64,000 nt of DNA, taken from Geosiphon pyriformis uo1 (lineage: Eukaryota; Fungi; Glomeromycota). Below the pieces are notes generated by a model. It saw only the letters and a list, made by a program, of their open reading frames with translations, was not told the origin of the DNA and did not search any database. The DNA lies in assembly GCA_016748015.1 (NCBI GenBank), contig JAAOMT010000198.1, positions 232,797 through 296,796 on the forward strand, written 5' to 3'. Position numbers and translations under genes: made by a program. Positions 41,457-54,200 of this stretch are shown piece by piece (position 1 is the first letter of the stretch; each line of letters begins with the position of its first letter).

Positions 41457-41750
41457 GTCACGTGTAATAAGAACATAAGTTACGTCTAATTTATTATTAC
41501 ATGTATTATTTATATTAATTTTATATTATGTTTTCATAATTTTATAAATATTAAAATTAATGAATTTTAAATTTAGTTAAAAATAACATTTTTTTAAAAA
41601 CATGTAGTATTTAAAATAATAATTAATTAATTTTAAATATATTTATTAATGCCAAAAAAGAATTACATTCACGTGACTATTTTACGTATAAAGGTATCTG
41701 ATTATGGGTTATATAAGCAGGAATGCAACAATTAAGATGTTTTCACGTGA
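41457..41750. promoter_or_regulatory. Three E-boxes (CACGTG) upstream of DBR1
   Basis: GTCACGTG at 41457, TCACGTGAC at 41669, TCACGTGA at 41743, in very AT-rich DNA. Confidence 0.55.
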
Positions 41751-41888
41751 ACTGATTCAAAGATATCAAAATGAATTAAAAATAAATATGCTGAATTTAA
41801 AGAACGAACAAAAATTAGAATTTTATTAAATCTGATCATTTTTGTCTAAAAAGATTTTCAATATCTACATAGCAAATAAGCTATTAAT

Positions 41889-42724
41889 ATGAGAGTGAGT
41901 AAAAAGGTTCTCCCTGAATGAATATTCAAAAGAAATTTTTTTCACATCAAATCTCTTTAATCGTAATGTAGATAGCAATTGAAGGGTGTTGTCATAATAA
42001 ATTGGATACCATATATAAAACTTTGGAGCACATCCAAAAATTAGACCAGATCCCAATCGATTTATTGCTAATATGTGGTGATGTTGAGGTTGGAATTGAT
42101 TGAAAAGTTCAAAATCCGATTTGCTTTCCCCTTCAAAAACTGTTTAACTCAAATTTGATGATTTTCTTGATTGGGATAGACGATTCGGAATGAGAATGAT
42201 CTGGATTCTGTAGCAGTACCTCCGAAATACCGATGTCTTGGTGATTTTCACAAATACTATTCTGGAGAATCTAAAGCTCCTATTCCAACTTTGTTCATTG
42301 GGGGAAATCATGAAGCGAGTAATTATTTATGGGAACTGTAAGAAGGTCACTTTTCATTTCAAAAGTTTTCTTGGGTCCTTTTTTCACCATTATGTCATTT
42401 ACACATTTTCAGATATTATGGTGGTTGGGTGTGTGAAAATATTTATTTTCTTGGTTACGCAGGAGTCGTTAATTTCGGCGGGCTTCGAATAGGTGGACTT
42501 TCCGGAATTTATAAACCACATGATTATAATATTGGTAAGGTTGAATTCATCAAAGTCTTTAAAAATAATTTAAGTCAAATTCAAAATTTTCTATGTTTAA
42601 AAAGGTCGTTTCGAACAAATGCCCTTTACGGATAGAACGTTGAGGAGCATTTATCATGTTAGAAATTTTGAAGTCATGAAATTAGCTCAGGTTTGGGGCT
42701 TTCTTTCAACAAATAATTATTGCC

Positions 42725-42771
<47 letters not shown>

Positions 42772-44567
42772 CGACTCCAATCATCCAATTCTTCCTAGAT
42801 CCGAAAACCTCTTGACATATTCCTGTCACATGATTGGCCACGTGGAATTGAACAATATGGAAAAACGGGACAGTTGATCGCGAAAAAAGAGTATTTTCAA
42901 AAACAGGCAAGATTGTGATAATAAAGCATAAAAAATTTATGCCTCAAATCAACTCGTCTTAATTTTATGTGTTTAGATCCAAACCAATACGCTTGGAAGT
43001 CCCGCCTGCGAAGAACTATTGTACAAACTGAAGCCACGTTATTGGTTTGCAGCACATCTTCACGTCAAATTTGCTGCCATATTTAATCATAACCCTCAAT
43101 CGGTAGCTACAGAGAATTACGTTGATGACTTTACCCTAAAAGATATTTATATTCCAGTGAGCACGAATGAATACCCACCAGCCAGTATTAAAAATCCCGA
43201 TGAGATTGAAATGAATTTCGATGATGATGATGATGATGATGATGATGATAATATAGAATCTACGAGTGAAAGCGCCTTTACGCCGAAACCCAGTCATGCC
43301 GAAATGGAATCAACTGATAGAAATGTTCCGGAAGATATAGAATCTACGGATGACAGCACCTTTACGCCGAAACCCAGTCATGCCGAAATGGAATTAAATG
43401 ATAAAGATGTTCCGGAAGTTATAGAATCTACGGGTGACAGCACCTTTATGCCGAAACCCATTCATGCCGAAATGGAATTAAATGATAAAGATGTTCCGGA
43501 ATATATAGGATCTGCGGGTGACAGCACCTTTACGCCGAAACCGAATCATGTCGAAATAGAATCAAATGATAAAGATGTTCCGGAAGGTATAGAATATACG
43601 GGTGAAAGTATCTTTACACCGAAACCCAGTCATACCGAAATGGAATTAAATGATAAAGATGTTCCCGAAGCAAATTGTGATAAAATTGTTGATGGTGATG
43701 AAGAAACTCATCAGCAAGATGAAAGTCTAGGGAAGACCGTTGAAAAAAAATTAGATTCCAATCTTGATAATATTGAAATTGATTCAAATGATCACGATAA
43801 TTTGGGTAAAACGGAAGGAGTTATGGAAACTAGCACGGAAAATGAAAATTCTGAGACATCTCAGAATTCGAACAAACCCAAAATCTTTGCTGATTCTTCA
43901 TCTATCCCTTTGAACCTTAATCAAACTATGATAACAAGATTCTTGGCACTTGATCGTTGTTTGCCAAGAAAGGATTTTTTACAGGTGAGTAGACTAGCTT
44001 AATCGGAGTTTTGTTTTCTGTGTTGATATTTCATAACGTTTGCTTTACAGATAATCGACATTCCAGAAGCTCAAGGACCACTTGAATTTAGTTATGATGA
44101 GGAATGGCTGGCCATAACAAAAGTTATGGATGAGTATCTTTATATGACTCATAAAGTGGTAAAGTTACCACACGAAAGTTACCTAGAAAAGTAGTTTAAA
44201 ATATATTTTTAAATGTTATATTTTTTCTCAATTCATATTTACTAATACTTCAAATCTTGTTGTGAAGACAAATCGATCCGCAGTTTCAATGGGTTCATGA
44301 TAACATCACCACGCGAGAAAACGGACTCTTAATTCCAAAAAATTTCATCCAAACAGCACCTCCTCAAAGCATTGTAGAGGATAAAAAATCCGATTTTGAC
44401 CCTTGCAAGTATTTTCTTTTGTTTACAAATATTGGGATTGAAAAAACATTTAAATAAAATTTTTTTTTTCTGTAGATAAACCATTTCTTAACCCTCAAAC
44501 ACAAAGTTTTACTGAACTACTCGGAATAAATAATAAGATCAATCCACATGGTCAAAAAGTAATTTAA
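41889..44567 (+). CDS. DBR1: RNA lariat debranching enzyme; 10 exons, two GC-AG introns
   Basis: MR|[89 protein letters not shown]. Confidence 0.96.
42725..42769. repeat. (TTA)n microsatellite in a DBR1 intron
   Basis: About 15 consecutive TTA units. Confidence 0.95.
43253..43672 (+). repeat. Coding minisatellite, 5 x 84 bp (28 aa), within DBR1, preceded by a (GAT)n run
   Basis: Unit [28 protein letters not shown] repeated five times. Confidence 0.95.
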
Positions 44568-45590
44568 ATAACGTGGAAGAATTATTGAATGAAAAAAATA
44601 TGAATGTTATGATATAAAATAGATTGTCTTAAAAATTTCGAGGTTAACTTCAACCTCAATCAAAATATTCAAAGTATTTTATTTGATTATTGAACTATTT
44701 TAGATCTTAAAACAATATGAATTTATTCTATAAAAATAAAGTTTAAAATAAGAGTGCCAACTGAAACATTCATTAAAAGAATGAATTGTTACTTTGTGAT
44801 TCGGATTTATCTTCATTACTGTGATCTTTCTTTTAGCGACTATGACCTCAAAGAGCAGAGATTGAAATTAACCAATTAAATTAAAGGAAAAAGCATAGAT
44901 CAATATAGATAACCCATAACTTTTTTAGATTTAAATGATAAATAGGTTTAAAATGTTAGCAACTTGATAAGGAAATTTTGATAATTGCCAGATCCAAACT
45001 TAAAACAATAATTAAATGCAATGATTTTAAAATTGGGAATTTTTTTTTCCATCGTGCATGAATCAGTAACAGAAAAGAATTTCACAAAAACTTTTTGTAC
45101 TTTCAGATTTCGGCAAGACCAGTAAAATAATCTTTAATTCTCTTTAAACTAAACAATATAAAAAAAATCAATAATATTTTTAAAATTAAAAAATAATAAA
45201 TAAATGTAATTTTAAACAAATAACAGAAATATTAATTAATTAATAAAAAAAAAAAAATGAAATCTAAATTCTTTTTGATCACATGAGGATAATTAGATCT
45301 TTTAAGTTATTTTTATAATTAACAATTTTTGGAGATCAATTTAATAATAGATTTAAACTTGTCATCGTGGGTAAAAGGGCGTTTTTTATTTGACTTTTTT
45401 GTCCTGGTAACCTCACCCTGAGAACTTTTGACGTTATATATGCATTTATAATATGCAAATGAACGAAACTCATCGCAGGAATTTATATGAAAGCCCTAAC
45501 TTTTCAAGTTCCTTTTTAAAAAGCCCTTATTCTGAACCCAATCTCTTTTAGCTGTTTAATAAGCATATAACTGAAATAAAAGAAAAACTA

Positions 45591-47494
45591 ATGGCAGACC
45601 AAATGGAAAATTTGCGCGGAAATCTTGGTGATCATAAAAACATAGATGATAACAACAATGCTAACGGAAATTTCAAAATTTCTTTAGACTCACAAATATC
45701 AAACTCACCTTTACAGTTTTCCACCCCGAATCTTCGTTTCGCCTTGCAAAATGATTTGGGTCGATTGTTTGCCACTCAAGGAAATATTTCCAGCAGTCCT
45801 GGTAGTAGCGTCGGTGTTCCCAGTAACAATAATAACGTACCTTCCGAACAGGTTACTTTCTCCTCACCGTCCTATTTCGATCAAATGGAACAACAATATC
45901 CTCACACCCCGTTGTTTCGCAAAATTGCTCGTCCCACTCCCCCTTCACTTAATACCAATATCACTCAATTATTAATTGCTCATAATAACAATATCAGCGG
46001 TCTTAACTCGTCTCCCTTTCCCATGGACAATATCATGAGTCCAGAAGATTCTTCAAGTCATCGTCGTCGTGATAGCAATGTATCTGCAATGTCAATTCAA
46101 TTGTATGATGCCCCTGAATCAAGTCACCAAAGACGTGATAGCAATGTTTCCAATATGTCTATGCAACTTGACACTCCAACTTCTAGTGGTGGAGAGGAAG
46201 GAAACGATGAAGATATTAATAAATTATCATTCGTTTTTCCTTTCACATTCACCCCCAGAGGTTCTTCATCATTATCACGTCCGGCCACACCTACTACTCC
46301 ACCTCCTTATCTCTCCTCATCCTCATCAGTCCAGATTCAGAACCTGAATAATTTTAACCTTAATCATAATAACCAAAATATTAACAATCATCCTGGTAGC
46401 AACCTGCAAATGTATTCCACGAATTCATTAAAATCACAACTATCTTCATCAATTTCTCATCCTAATTTTCTGAGAAGGAATAGTATGGACGTGAATTTAG
46501 AGAGTAGCATTGCACTTGCCTCTTCATCATCTGAAAAGCCTTCACCAATTCAACGTGCTGTAAGGGCCAGAAGAGCATCATTGTTGGTAAATAAACTTTA
46601 TTTTCTTTTCCTTTTAAATCACCATTCTAAAAATCCATGAGGTAATTTTTCCTAGCCGAAAACCAAGTCTTTTCAACGCATTGTTCATGAGCTGCAGGAT
46701 GAGTCTAAACCTTTAGAGACTGAGATCAAACAAGAATACAAGACTACAAAAGTTCTTATGACGGAAGGTGAAAAATATATGGATTCTAGTGAAGCTTTAC
46801 CAGATGTAAGTTTATCAAAAATTGAATGTTTGATTGGTATTTGATTGAATCGCAGTTTTTTCTTTATATAGGATTTTCTTTCAACTTGGATCAAATTCCG
46901 TGATGTACAACCTTCGCCACCACCATATAATGCGTCAAGACTCAATCCAGAACTTGAAATGTCGGTTAGTATCATAATCTCCAATATTTCCTAATTGATT
47001 TATAATTACTAAGTTCCATATAAATTAAATTGCATATCGTAGTTTCGTCAAGACACCCCATCTCCAACTTCTTCCATTGCTGGACCATGGCCTGCGAATG
47101 CAGTTAACAGCCGGATAAAGCGGAAAGGTAACTTTGTAATCTATTCGCATGAAAGATATTTTTTAAGTGAATTTTATGAACCTTTTATTTTTTAGCATCC
47201 GATGACCGGTTTGAGCCATATTTTAATCCTAAACGACGTGCAGTCTCCCCAAGTCTTGGTGGCAGCCCTCCAATAGGTGTTCCTTCACCACCAACCAATA
47301 ATGGAGGATCAACATCACCAATTGGAGTAACCTCGACATGTACAGGTTCAGCACCGTCCACACCATTACAGCAAGTCGTCACGAATAATAATGAAGCTGA
47401 AAATAATCATAATAATAGCAACACTGACATGAATTTGGTAAATATACAGGACGCAAACGGAAAGTTTAGCAGAATGAGCCTCTCGGGCGAATAA
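45591..47494 (+). CDS. Uncharacterised, largely disordered S/N/P-rich fungal protein; 5 exons
   Basis: Long ORF plus GT-AG-joined exons: ARRASLL|PKTKSFQRIVHELQDESKPLETEIKQE, KRK|ASDDRFEPYFNPKRRAVSPS, QDANGKFSRMSL. Confidence 0.85.
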
Positions 47495-47877
47495 AGGTTT
47501 AAAATCACATACGAGATGAAGATCTCGAAAACTTTATTCATCCAACCAAATAACGAAGAATTGTGAAGATATAATGGTAAAGATGAAAGGTTGGGAAATC
47601 TTTTTTGTAAATATACTTGTCGCTTTGCTAGAGAACTAGCAAATTGTAAACAATAAACCTCGATTTCCTTTTTCAAGGGTGCATATGATGATTGGAATTG
47701 AAGTGACAACTGTTTCTCGAAAATTTGTTACTAATATTATAAACTTCAGAAGATTGATCGATGTAAACCAAGCAATAAATAAGTATTTTTACCTTGTTTG
47801 ATTAGTTGGATTTTTTCTTTTACAGATCATACTAATAACGTATTATCAGAACGATCAAATATTGACTACTTCCATAA

Positions 47878-48445
47878 TTACGCCTTCTTTTGCCCTTTCT
47901 TGCCGCTCTTTATCATGACCAATGCCAAGAAAGTGGACACTACAGTCAAGCCGATAAGCAGCAGTACTACGGGTATACGAATAGCGTAATCACGATCAGG
48001 AAAATATTCATGTAGAGGATGGTCTTCATCGACGAATGGCTGTTTTTTGAGTATATGGTTTAGGGAATTATTCAATAGATGAAGAGTGCATTAAGCAAAA
48101 GGTTATTACAAGTTAATTGCCGAAGAGATGAGATTCGAATGAAAGAGAACAATGAGAACAAATCAGCAAATTTTCTGAAAATTGTTACTGAACCATTATT
48201 AACGCCCATATGGTGTAATAAAGAAATAAAGCCACGGAGAAAAGTAAAAGAGTTCCTCCAACGGCTCTATCTCTACCTGCTGAACCCTAAATTTTAGAAA
48301 TGCATTAAGAGAGTTTTAAATGTGAAAAAATGTCGTGAATAATTATTTATGTGTTACTTTAACATAATAGCCAAGACAAATATTGGAGTATTTGTTTTAG
48401 TTTGACAAGAGAAAACCAGTTTCACATAGGTAATAAGCTCACCAT
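47878..48445 (-). CDS. DPM2: Dolichol-phosphate mannosyltransferase regulatory subunit; 3 exons, the first coding exon is ATG only
   Basis: M|GSAGRDRAVGGTLLLFSVALFLYYTIWALIM|PFVDEDHPLHEYFPDRDYAIRIPVVLLL...KKA. Confidence 0.93.
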
Positions 48446-49393
48446 TTTAGCGAAGACGGTTTCGAGACGATATATCTTCGGTAGGCTAATGCTAATTAAC
48501 TACTAATCTGCTTATACAAACGCGAAACTTTAGAAGTTCAAAGTTATAGAGAAGCTAAAAGGTAAAGACAGGCAAAATATAATTAAAAAAAATCGTAGAG
48601 AAGTTGATAATAAAAAATGAATTCTCGAGCAAACAATGATTGCTTCGTTAACGAATGGGGCATTGACACGCCTATTATAAGATCTAATATGGTGCGTAAT
48701 CTTGTTCAACACAGTAAATTTGCTAGCCTTTTAAAAGGTGAGGTAATTTGTAAAAATCTCAAGTTGGTCATTAAAGATCAAATTATTCTGCGAGATGAAA
48801 TTCTTTTAAAGATTTTGTTGAGAAGTTTGTAAATTGGAGTTGCACAGAGACACAGGCGTAGAAGTGACTTTTCTCAGTAGCAGAGGTGATGGAGATATCA
48901 TTTTTGAGAAGTTAGATCAGAAAAGATAGAAGGCGGTAAAGAGAAGTTAAATACTTTTTTCAGATAATAGAAACGACAGCAAAGGAGGAGAAGAAAAGAA
49001 TAAGACGCTAAATACTTTTATGGTCTATAAAATACCTTTTTTAAATTTTTTAGATCATGGCGACAATTGAAACAGGGATGGCGGCCAAGTAGAGCAAAAA
49101 GGTAAGTACTTTTATCACTTGTCTTTTTTAAGACGAGGGTAGATAATGATCTTTCTCTTTAGAAAGCCTCATGATTATATATTTAAAAAATTCAACCAAC
49201 ACTTTGAATTTCATGTTAAGCTTTTTTGTGTAAAGTTTGCTGCTGTTACAAAGCTGAAATTACAACACATGTTATGAAAATTACCATTAGTTAATTACTT
49301 TATTTAAATACTAAGTGAAAAAAGTTGTTACTTTAAGTTCTTACAGATTTACAATTAAAGCTTTAAAATAAATATAATTTTATTAAGTAAATG

Positions 49394-51290
49394 TTTTTTT
49401 TTTATTAAGATTTAACAAGCACGGCCCAACTACTATTTAGAAATTAGAAAAAAATTAAGAGCTCCAAGGCTAAATGTGGTTTATGTACTTTTTATATGTA
49501 ACCAGTTACTCGAGCCAGTTCAGGCTATGCTACGTTGTTACAATAGAAGTAAACTTACCCAAAGCTAACATTCTTTGAACTACATCAAATAATTTAACAC
49601 TACAAAAAATTAACCCAACTAGCTATTCAGCTGTTTTTAAGAGATCAGTCTTAATACTATTAGGCTCATGTGTTCAAATTAAAAAATATATCATCATTAA
49701 TGTCAATTAAAGGATTTAAATTACCAGACATATTAACATCATCCATACAGCACTCTTTTTTCAATAAAATCACTTCTCTCTTTAACTTACCAACAACTTT
49801 ACTAAAAAAACTCAGATAAATCATAAATTCATTAACTTTAAGACTAAAAACACTGCTTAAAACCAAATTATTTTTAATAAACTGTTCAAATATAGTAACC
49901 AGAGAGCTAAAAAGCTTAACAATTAATTCAACCAATACAAAAAGTTTGGCCAAATCAGATTCCAAAGAAAACAACTAAAACAACACCAAAGGATCATTAA
50001 CAATAACAGAAAAAAAAACAGAAATCATCAAAGATAAAAACTCAAAAGAGCTTAAAGGAGCAGAAGCTTTGATATAAGACTTAGAATTTACAAAACAAAG
50101 TATAAATATCTTAGAAGCCTTAAAAAAAGAAGGTGGAAACATCTTATAGTTCACAGCCAGATAATCTATTTTTTGATATCTAAAATAGTACCAACAATTA
50201 GAGGTTTTTTATCAGATATAGCACTTTCTTAGCATATTAATTTTGATTACAATAATATTCAAATCTACTTGAAAACCAAATGTAATTAGAGCAAACTAGA
50301 AACAGCAATCAGAATTAGGAGAGCAAAAAATAAAACAAATCTGACCACTAACTTGAGAGATTATATTACTAATTTTAAAGACAATACAGTCAGAGAAAAG
50401 ATTAATCAACTTGTTTTTAAACCTATTATAAGATATAATGATCTTTCTTGATTTATTAAGAAAAAAATTTTAATACTATCTTTATTCACTAAAACTGATC
50501 AATAATTTAAAGCAGACACAACAGAGTTTAGTTTATTAAAGTGAATAACCATATATTGTTAAACATCAGTAGGCTTTAGCATAATATAGATCACTTTATT
50601 AAACACACTAAAAGCTGTCTTAATATTAGCAACAAATATACTCAAAGACATATTATACAGTACAACAGCAGTAAAAGAAAAGCCAGTCTTAGAAACCATC
50701 AAAGATTTAACAATTTTAAGAGTGGCCAAGTAAATAAAACTTGTAAATTTAATCAAAAAAGCAGTTTCTAAAAACTCTTAAAAAGCAAACTTTATACAAA
50801 AAAGCTTTATATTGTTTTTTAATATTGACTTTACATCCAAAAAATTATGTACAGACTGAAATACAGTTTTAATATAAGCTCACTGATGCTTTTGGTGTTA
50901 GTTTTGGGTTTTGTAAATATTGTCGGTTCTTTTTTGGTATAGGTAATATGGTTTCTGTTCATATAGATGTATAGTGTTGTTCTGATTGGCTTGAGTGGCT
51001 GGTTACGTGTAGAAAATGCATGATTCGCACTTAGTTTAAAACATTTATATGTTGTATAGTTCTAGGTAGCATTTGGACTTCACTCATTAAAACATAATAA
51101 AAAAAAATATATATAAGCTAATTTAATTTTAAAAATAACACCAAGTACTAAAGTAGAGATTACACATCTAATAAATCTTTAATCATTAATAATAGTTTCT
51201 TAAACACTACTAATAACAGCACCAAAAACCAGTAAAAAAGATAATTTAGTTTTTATCTAATTAGCTCAGTTCTTAAAAACAAATAACTTT
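49394..51290 (-). mobile_element. ORF1-only non-autonomous non-LTR element (HAL1-like), decayed; interrupted by LINE fragment G
   Basis: One RRM-like/knuckle-remnant/coiled-coil-like frame (IFVANIKTAFSVFNKV; KVVGKLKREVILLKKEC) ends ...GKFTSIVTT* at ~49530 and is followed directly by the family 3' UTR and poly(A); no APE or RT in between. Confidence 0.75.
50881..51107 (+). mobile_element. LINE copy G, ~230-bp 3' fragment nested in the HAL1-like element
   Basis: DAFGVSFGFCKYCRFFFGIGNMVSVHIDV*, 3' UTR, poly(A); TSD ATATAAGCT at 50872-50880 and 51111-51119; the host frame rejoins as KIKLA|YIKTVFQSV. Confidence 0.92.
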
Positions 51291-51294
51291 ACAA

Positions 51295-54200
51295 GAAATA
51301 ATTGTTTTGTTTTTAAAACTGCCAAAGATTTGTTAAAAAACATTATATTTGGTAACACAATTAGTGATTAATTTTGGCTCCAATTTTGTTAAATAGTTGT
51401 TCAACTTTAATTGAATTTAAAGATTTTATGGGACAAGTTCTTTCTCTTTTTTAACAACTATTATAAAATTTTACATACTATTAAATATTTTTTTGCATAT
51501 GGAATCAGAAATAATGTTTTATTGTTTTTTGAATTATTTTTTTCTAAATGTGCTAACAATAAATCTGTATATATGTTGTAAAAGATGGTTTTTTTCTTGT
51601 TTTCTTGAACTAATTTGAGTGAATTTGTTGGGTTTCTGTAATTTTGGTAATAAATTTTGTTGTAATAAATAAAATATTGTTTTGTTTGGTTTTGTAATTA
51701 GTGTTTTTTAACTGAAGACCAATTTTCTGGTATATTAAGAGTTTTCAAATAGTTTTTAATGTTGTTATAGTTTTTGGGATTTATTGTTTTATTATTAATT
51801 TGTTTATTAAGTTAGTTAGGTGTTAATATAAATTCTAATCTTATCTTATTTTGAAAAAGCTATTAATGTTTGTGTGTAATTTTCCAGATTTATGGTAAAC
51901 AATATATTTGTAATTAGTTAAGAAGTCAGTCTATTAAAATTGTTTTATATTGAGTTCCAATTTTTTTGTTAAGCTATTTAAGACCAATATTATTAGTTAT
52001 AATATCAAATTTTTTTCTATATTGCAAATATTATTGAAAGTGTTTTAGGACCCAAATAACAGCTGTTGCTTCTAGTTTAGTAAAATCATATTTGGTTTTA
52101 GTAAATTTAAGTGTTTTACTGGCATAAACAATAACTTGTTCATTGTTATTATTATTTAACTATAATAAAATAGCACTAAATATTGTGTATAAAACATTGG
52201 TAACTAAGTAGAACTGTCTGCTAAAGTCTAAATAAGCAAAAACTGGAACTGTTGTTAATTTTATTTTAAAAGTTTTAAACACTTTTTGTTGTTCATTGGC
52301 TTATTAATATAACATGTTTTTGTTAATTAAGTAGTTAAAAAATTTTGTAATTTTGGAGAATTTTTTAATGAATTTTTAATAGTAAGAGACTAATCTAATA
52401 AATTCTCTTAATTTGTAGTATTTTGAAGAATATGAAAATTTTTAACAGCATTAATTGTTCTTGAATTTGGTTGAACTCTATCTTTACTAACAATGTGTTC
52501 TAAAAAGATTAGACTTGTTTTTTTAAAGTAACATTTCTTAATGTTTAGCTTTAATCCTGTTTTTTGTAATTATTGAAATACTTTTTACAAATAGATAAGA
52601 TAAGCTTTAAAAATTGGAAAATAAATATTAGTATTATCAAGATAGACAATTATTAATTGCTATAAAAATTCTTTATAAACAACATTTATTAGTTGCTAAA
52701 ATGTTGCTGGTGTATTGCAAAGTCTAAAAAACATAACATTAAATTTGTAATTTCTTTTTTGTGTAGTAAATGTCATTTTAAAACAGTCTTTTAGATCTAT
52801 TTCAACTTGCCAGTATTTGCTTTTTAAGTTTAAAGTTGAAAAGAACTTGGCTTTTTCTAGAACATTTAGTATGTTATCAATTTTTAATAATAGATAAACA
52901 TTTCCTATTGTAACATTATTTAGTTGACAATAGTCTACACAAAATCTGATTTTTTTATTTTTCTTTTTAACAAGAACTACTGGTAAAACCTATAAACTTC
53001 TTGATGGTTGAATTAATCTATTATTAAACATTTTCTGAACTTTTTTTCTAATAAATTGGTAGTTAGCAGATGAGATTTTATAAGCTTATTGGCATTTTGG
53101 TAAAGCATTCTTAGTATGGATTTAATGTTAAATAATATTCATTTTTCCCAAATTATTGTTATTTTTAACAAATATATCAGCATATTCAGTAATTAACTGT
53201 TTTAATTGTTTTTGTTGTTAGAATTTTAAGAGATTTATGTTGATTTGAGAAAGTTTTTCTTTAATAATATGATAGTTTTTAGTTGTTAGAATGATGTTTG
53301 AATTTAAAAGTAGAGTATATTTCACAATTTCAATAAAATTAGAGACAATTTAAGAAGTTTTATTTTGGAAAATTTTGTTATGTATTATTCTAATTTTTAG
53401 TTTATTTAATAAAATGATAAAATATTTATTGAAATTGTAAAAAATAACTTGGAATTTTTTCATTTTTTTGAAATATAAACATTTGGAATTAAGATTTTAT
53501 GTTTTGTGCAGATTTGTTCATTTGATTCAAAAATTTGCTATGTAGTAGTAAGTTTTGAACAGATATAAATTTCGTAATATTGTTATGATTAAAACTCATA
53601 GTTTTTATTAGTTATTATATGTATTAGTCATTGATATTATATAATTAGTCACTTTATTTTTAGATAGTAATCATTAATCTGATCAATAATCTGATTATTG
53701 ACTACTTTTAATAGCTATATAAGCAATGAATCTTTTAGATGTAATAAAACATATAATAATTAATTAAAAATAAATAAAATAATAAATATTATTTTAATTT
53801 TTCTTCTATTGCTTATTTTTTTTTCTACTTTTAAGTATCTAAACATATTAGGATAAAAAATTACTTATTGGCATTTACCTACCCTTTTTCTAACTTGTAT
53901 AATTATAGTATTTAAAGAATATTGAATAAAATGTAACTGAAAAATACATCTAATACTTGATATTAAATTCTAAAAGTGCTAATGTGAGACATAAAATTAT
54001 ACAGTACAGACTATTTCTTTACTTTTAGATTCTCTAGTTATCTTTTGAAAAAAATTAGCAACTGAGATATTTTATGAAATTAATCTTGCACATTGAATCT
54101 ATACTTATTTAATTTGCTCTTTAAAATTGAATTCTTTTTGATTAATTCCATTACCTTACAATTCTGTTTTCTCTTGTTATCTGTTAACTTGTTACTTCAA

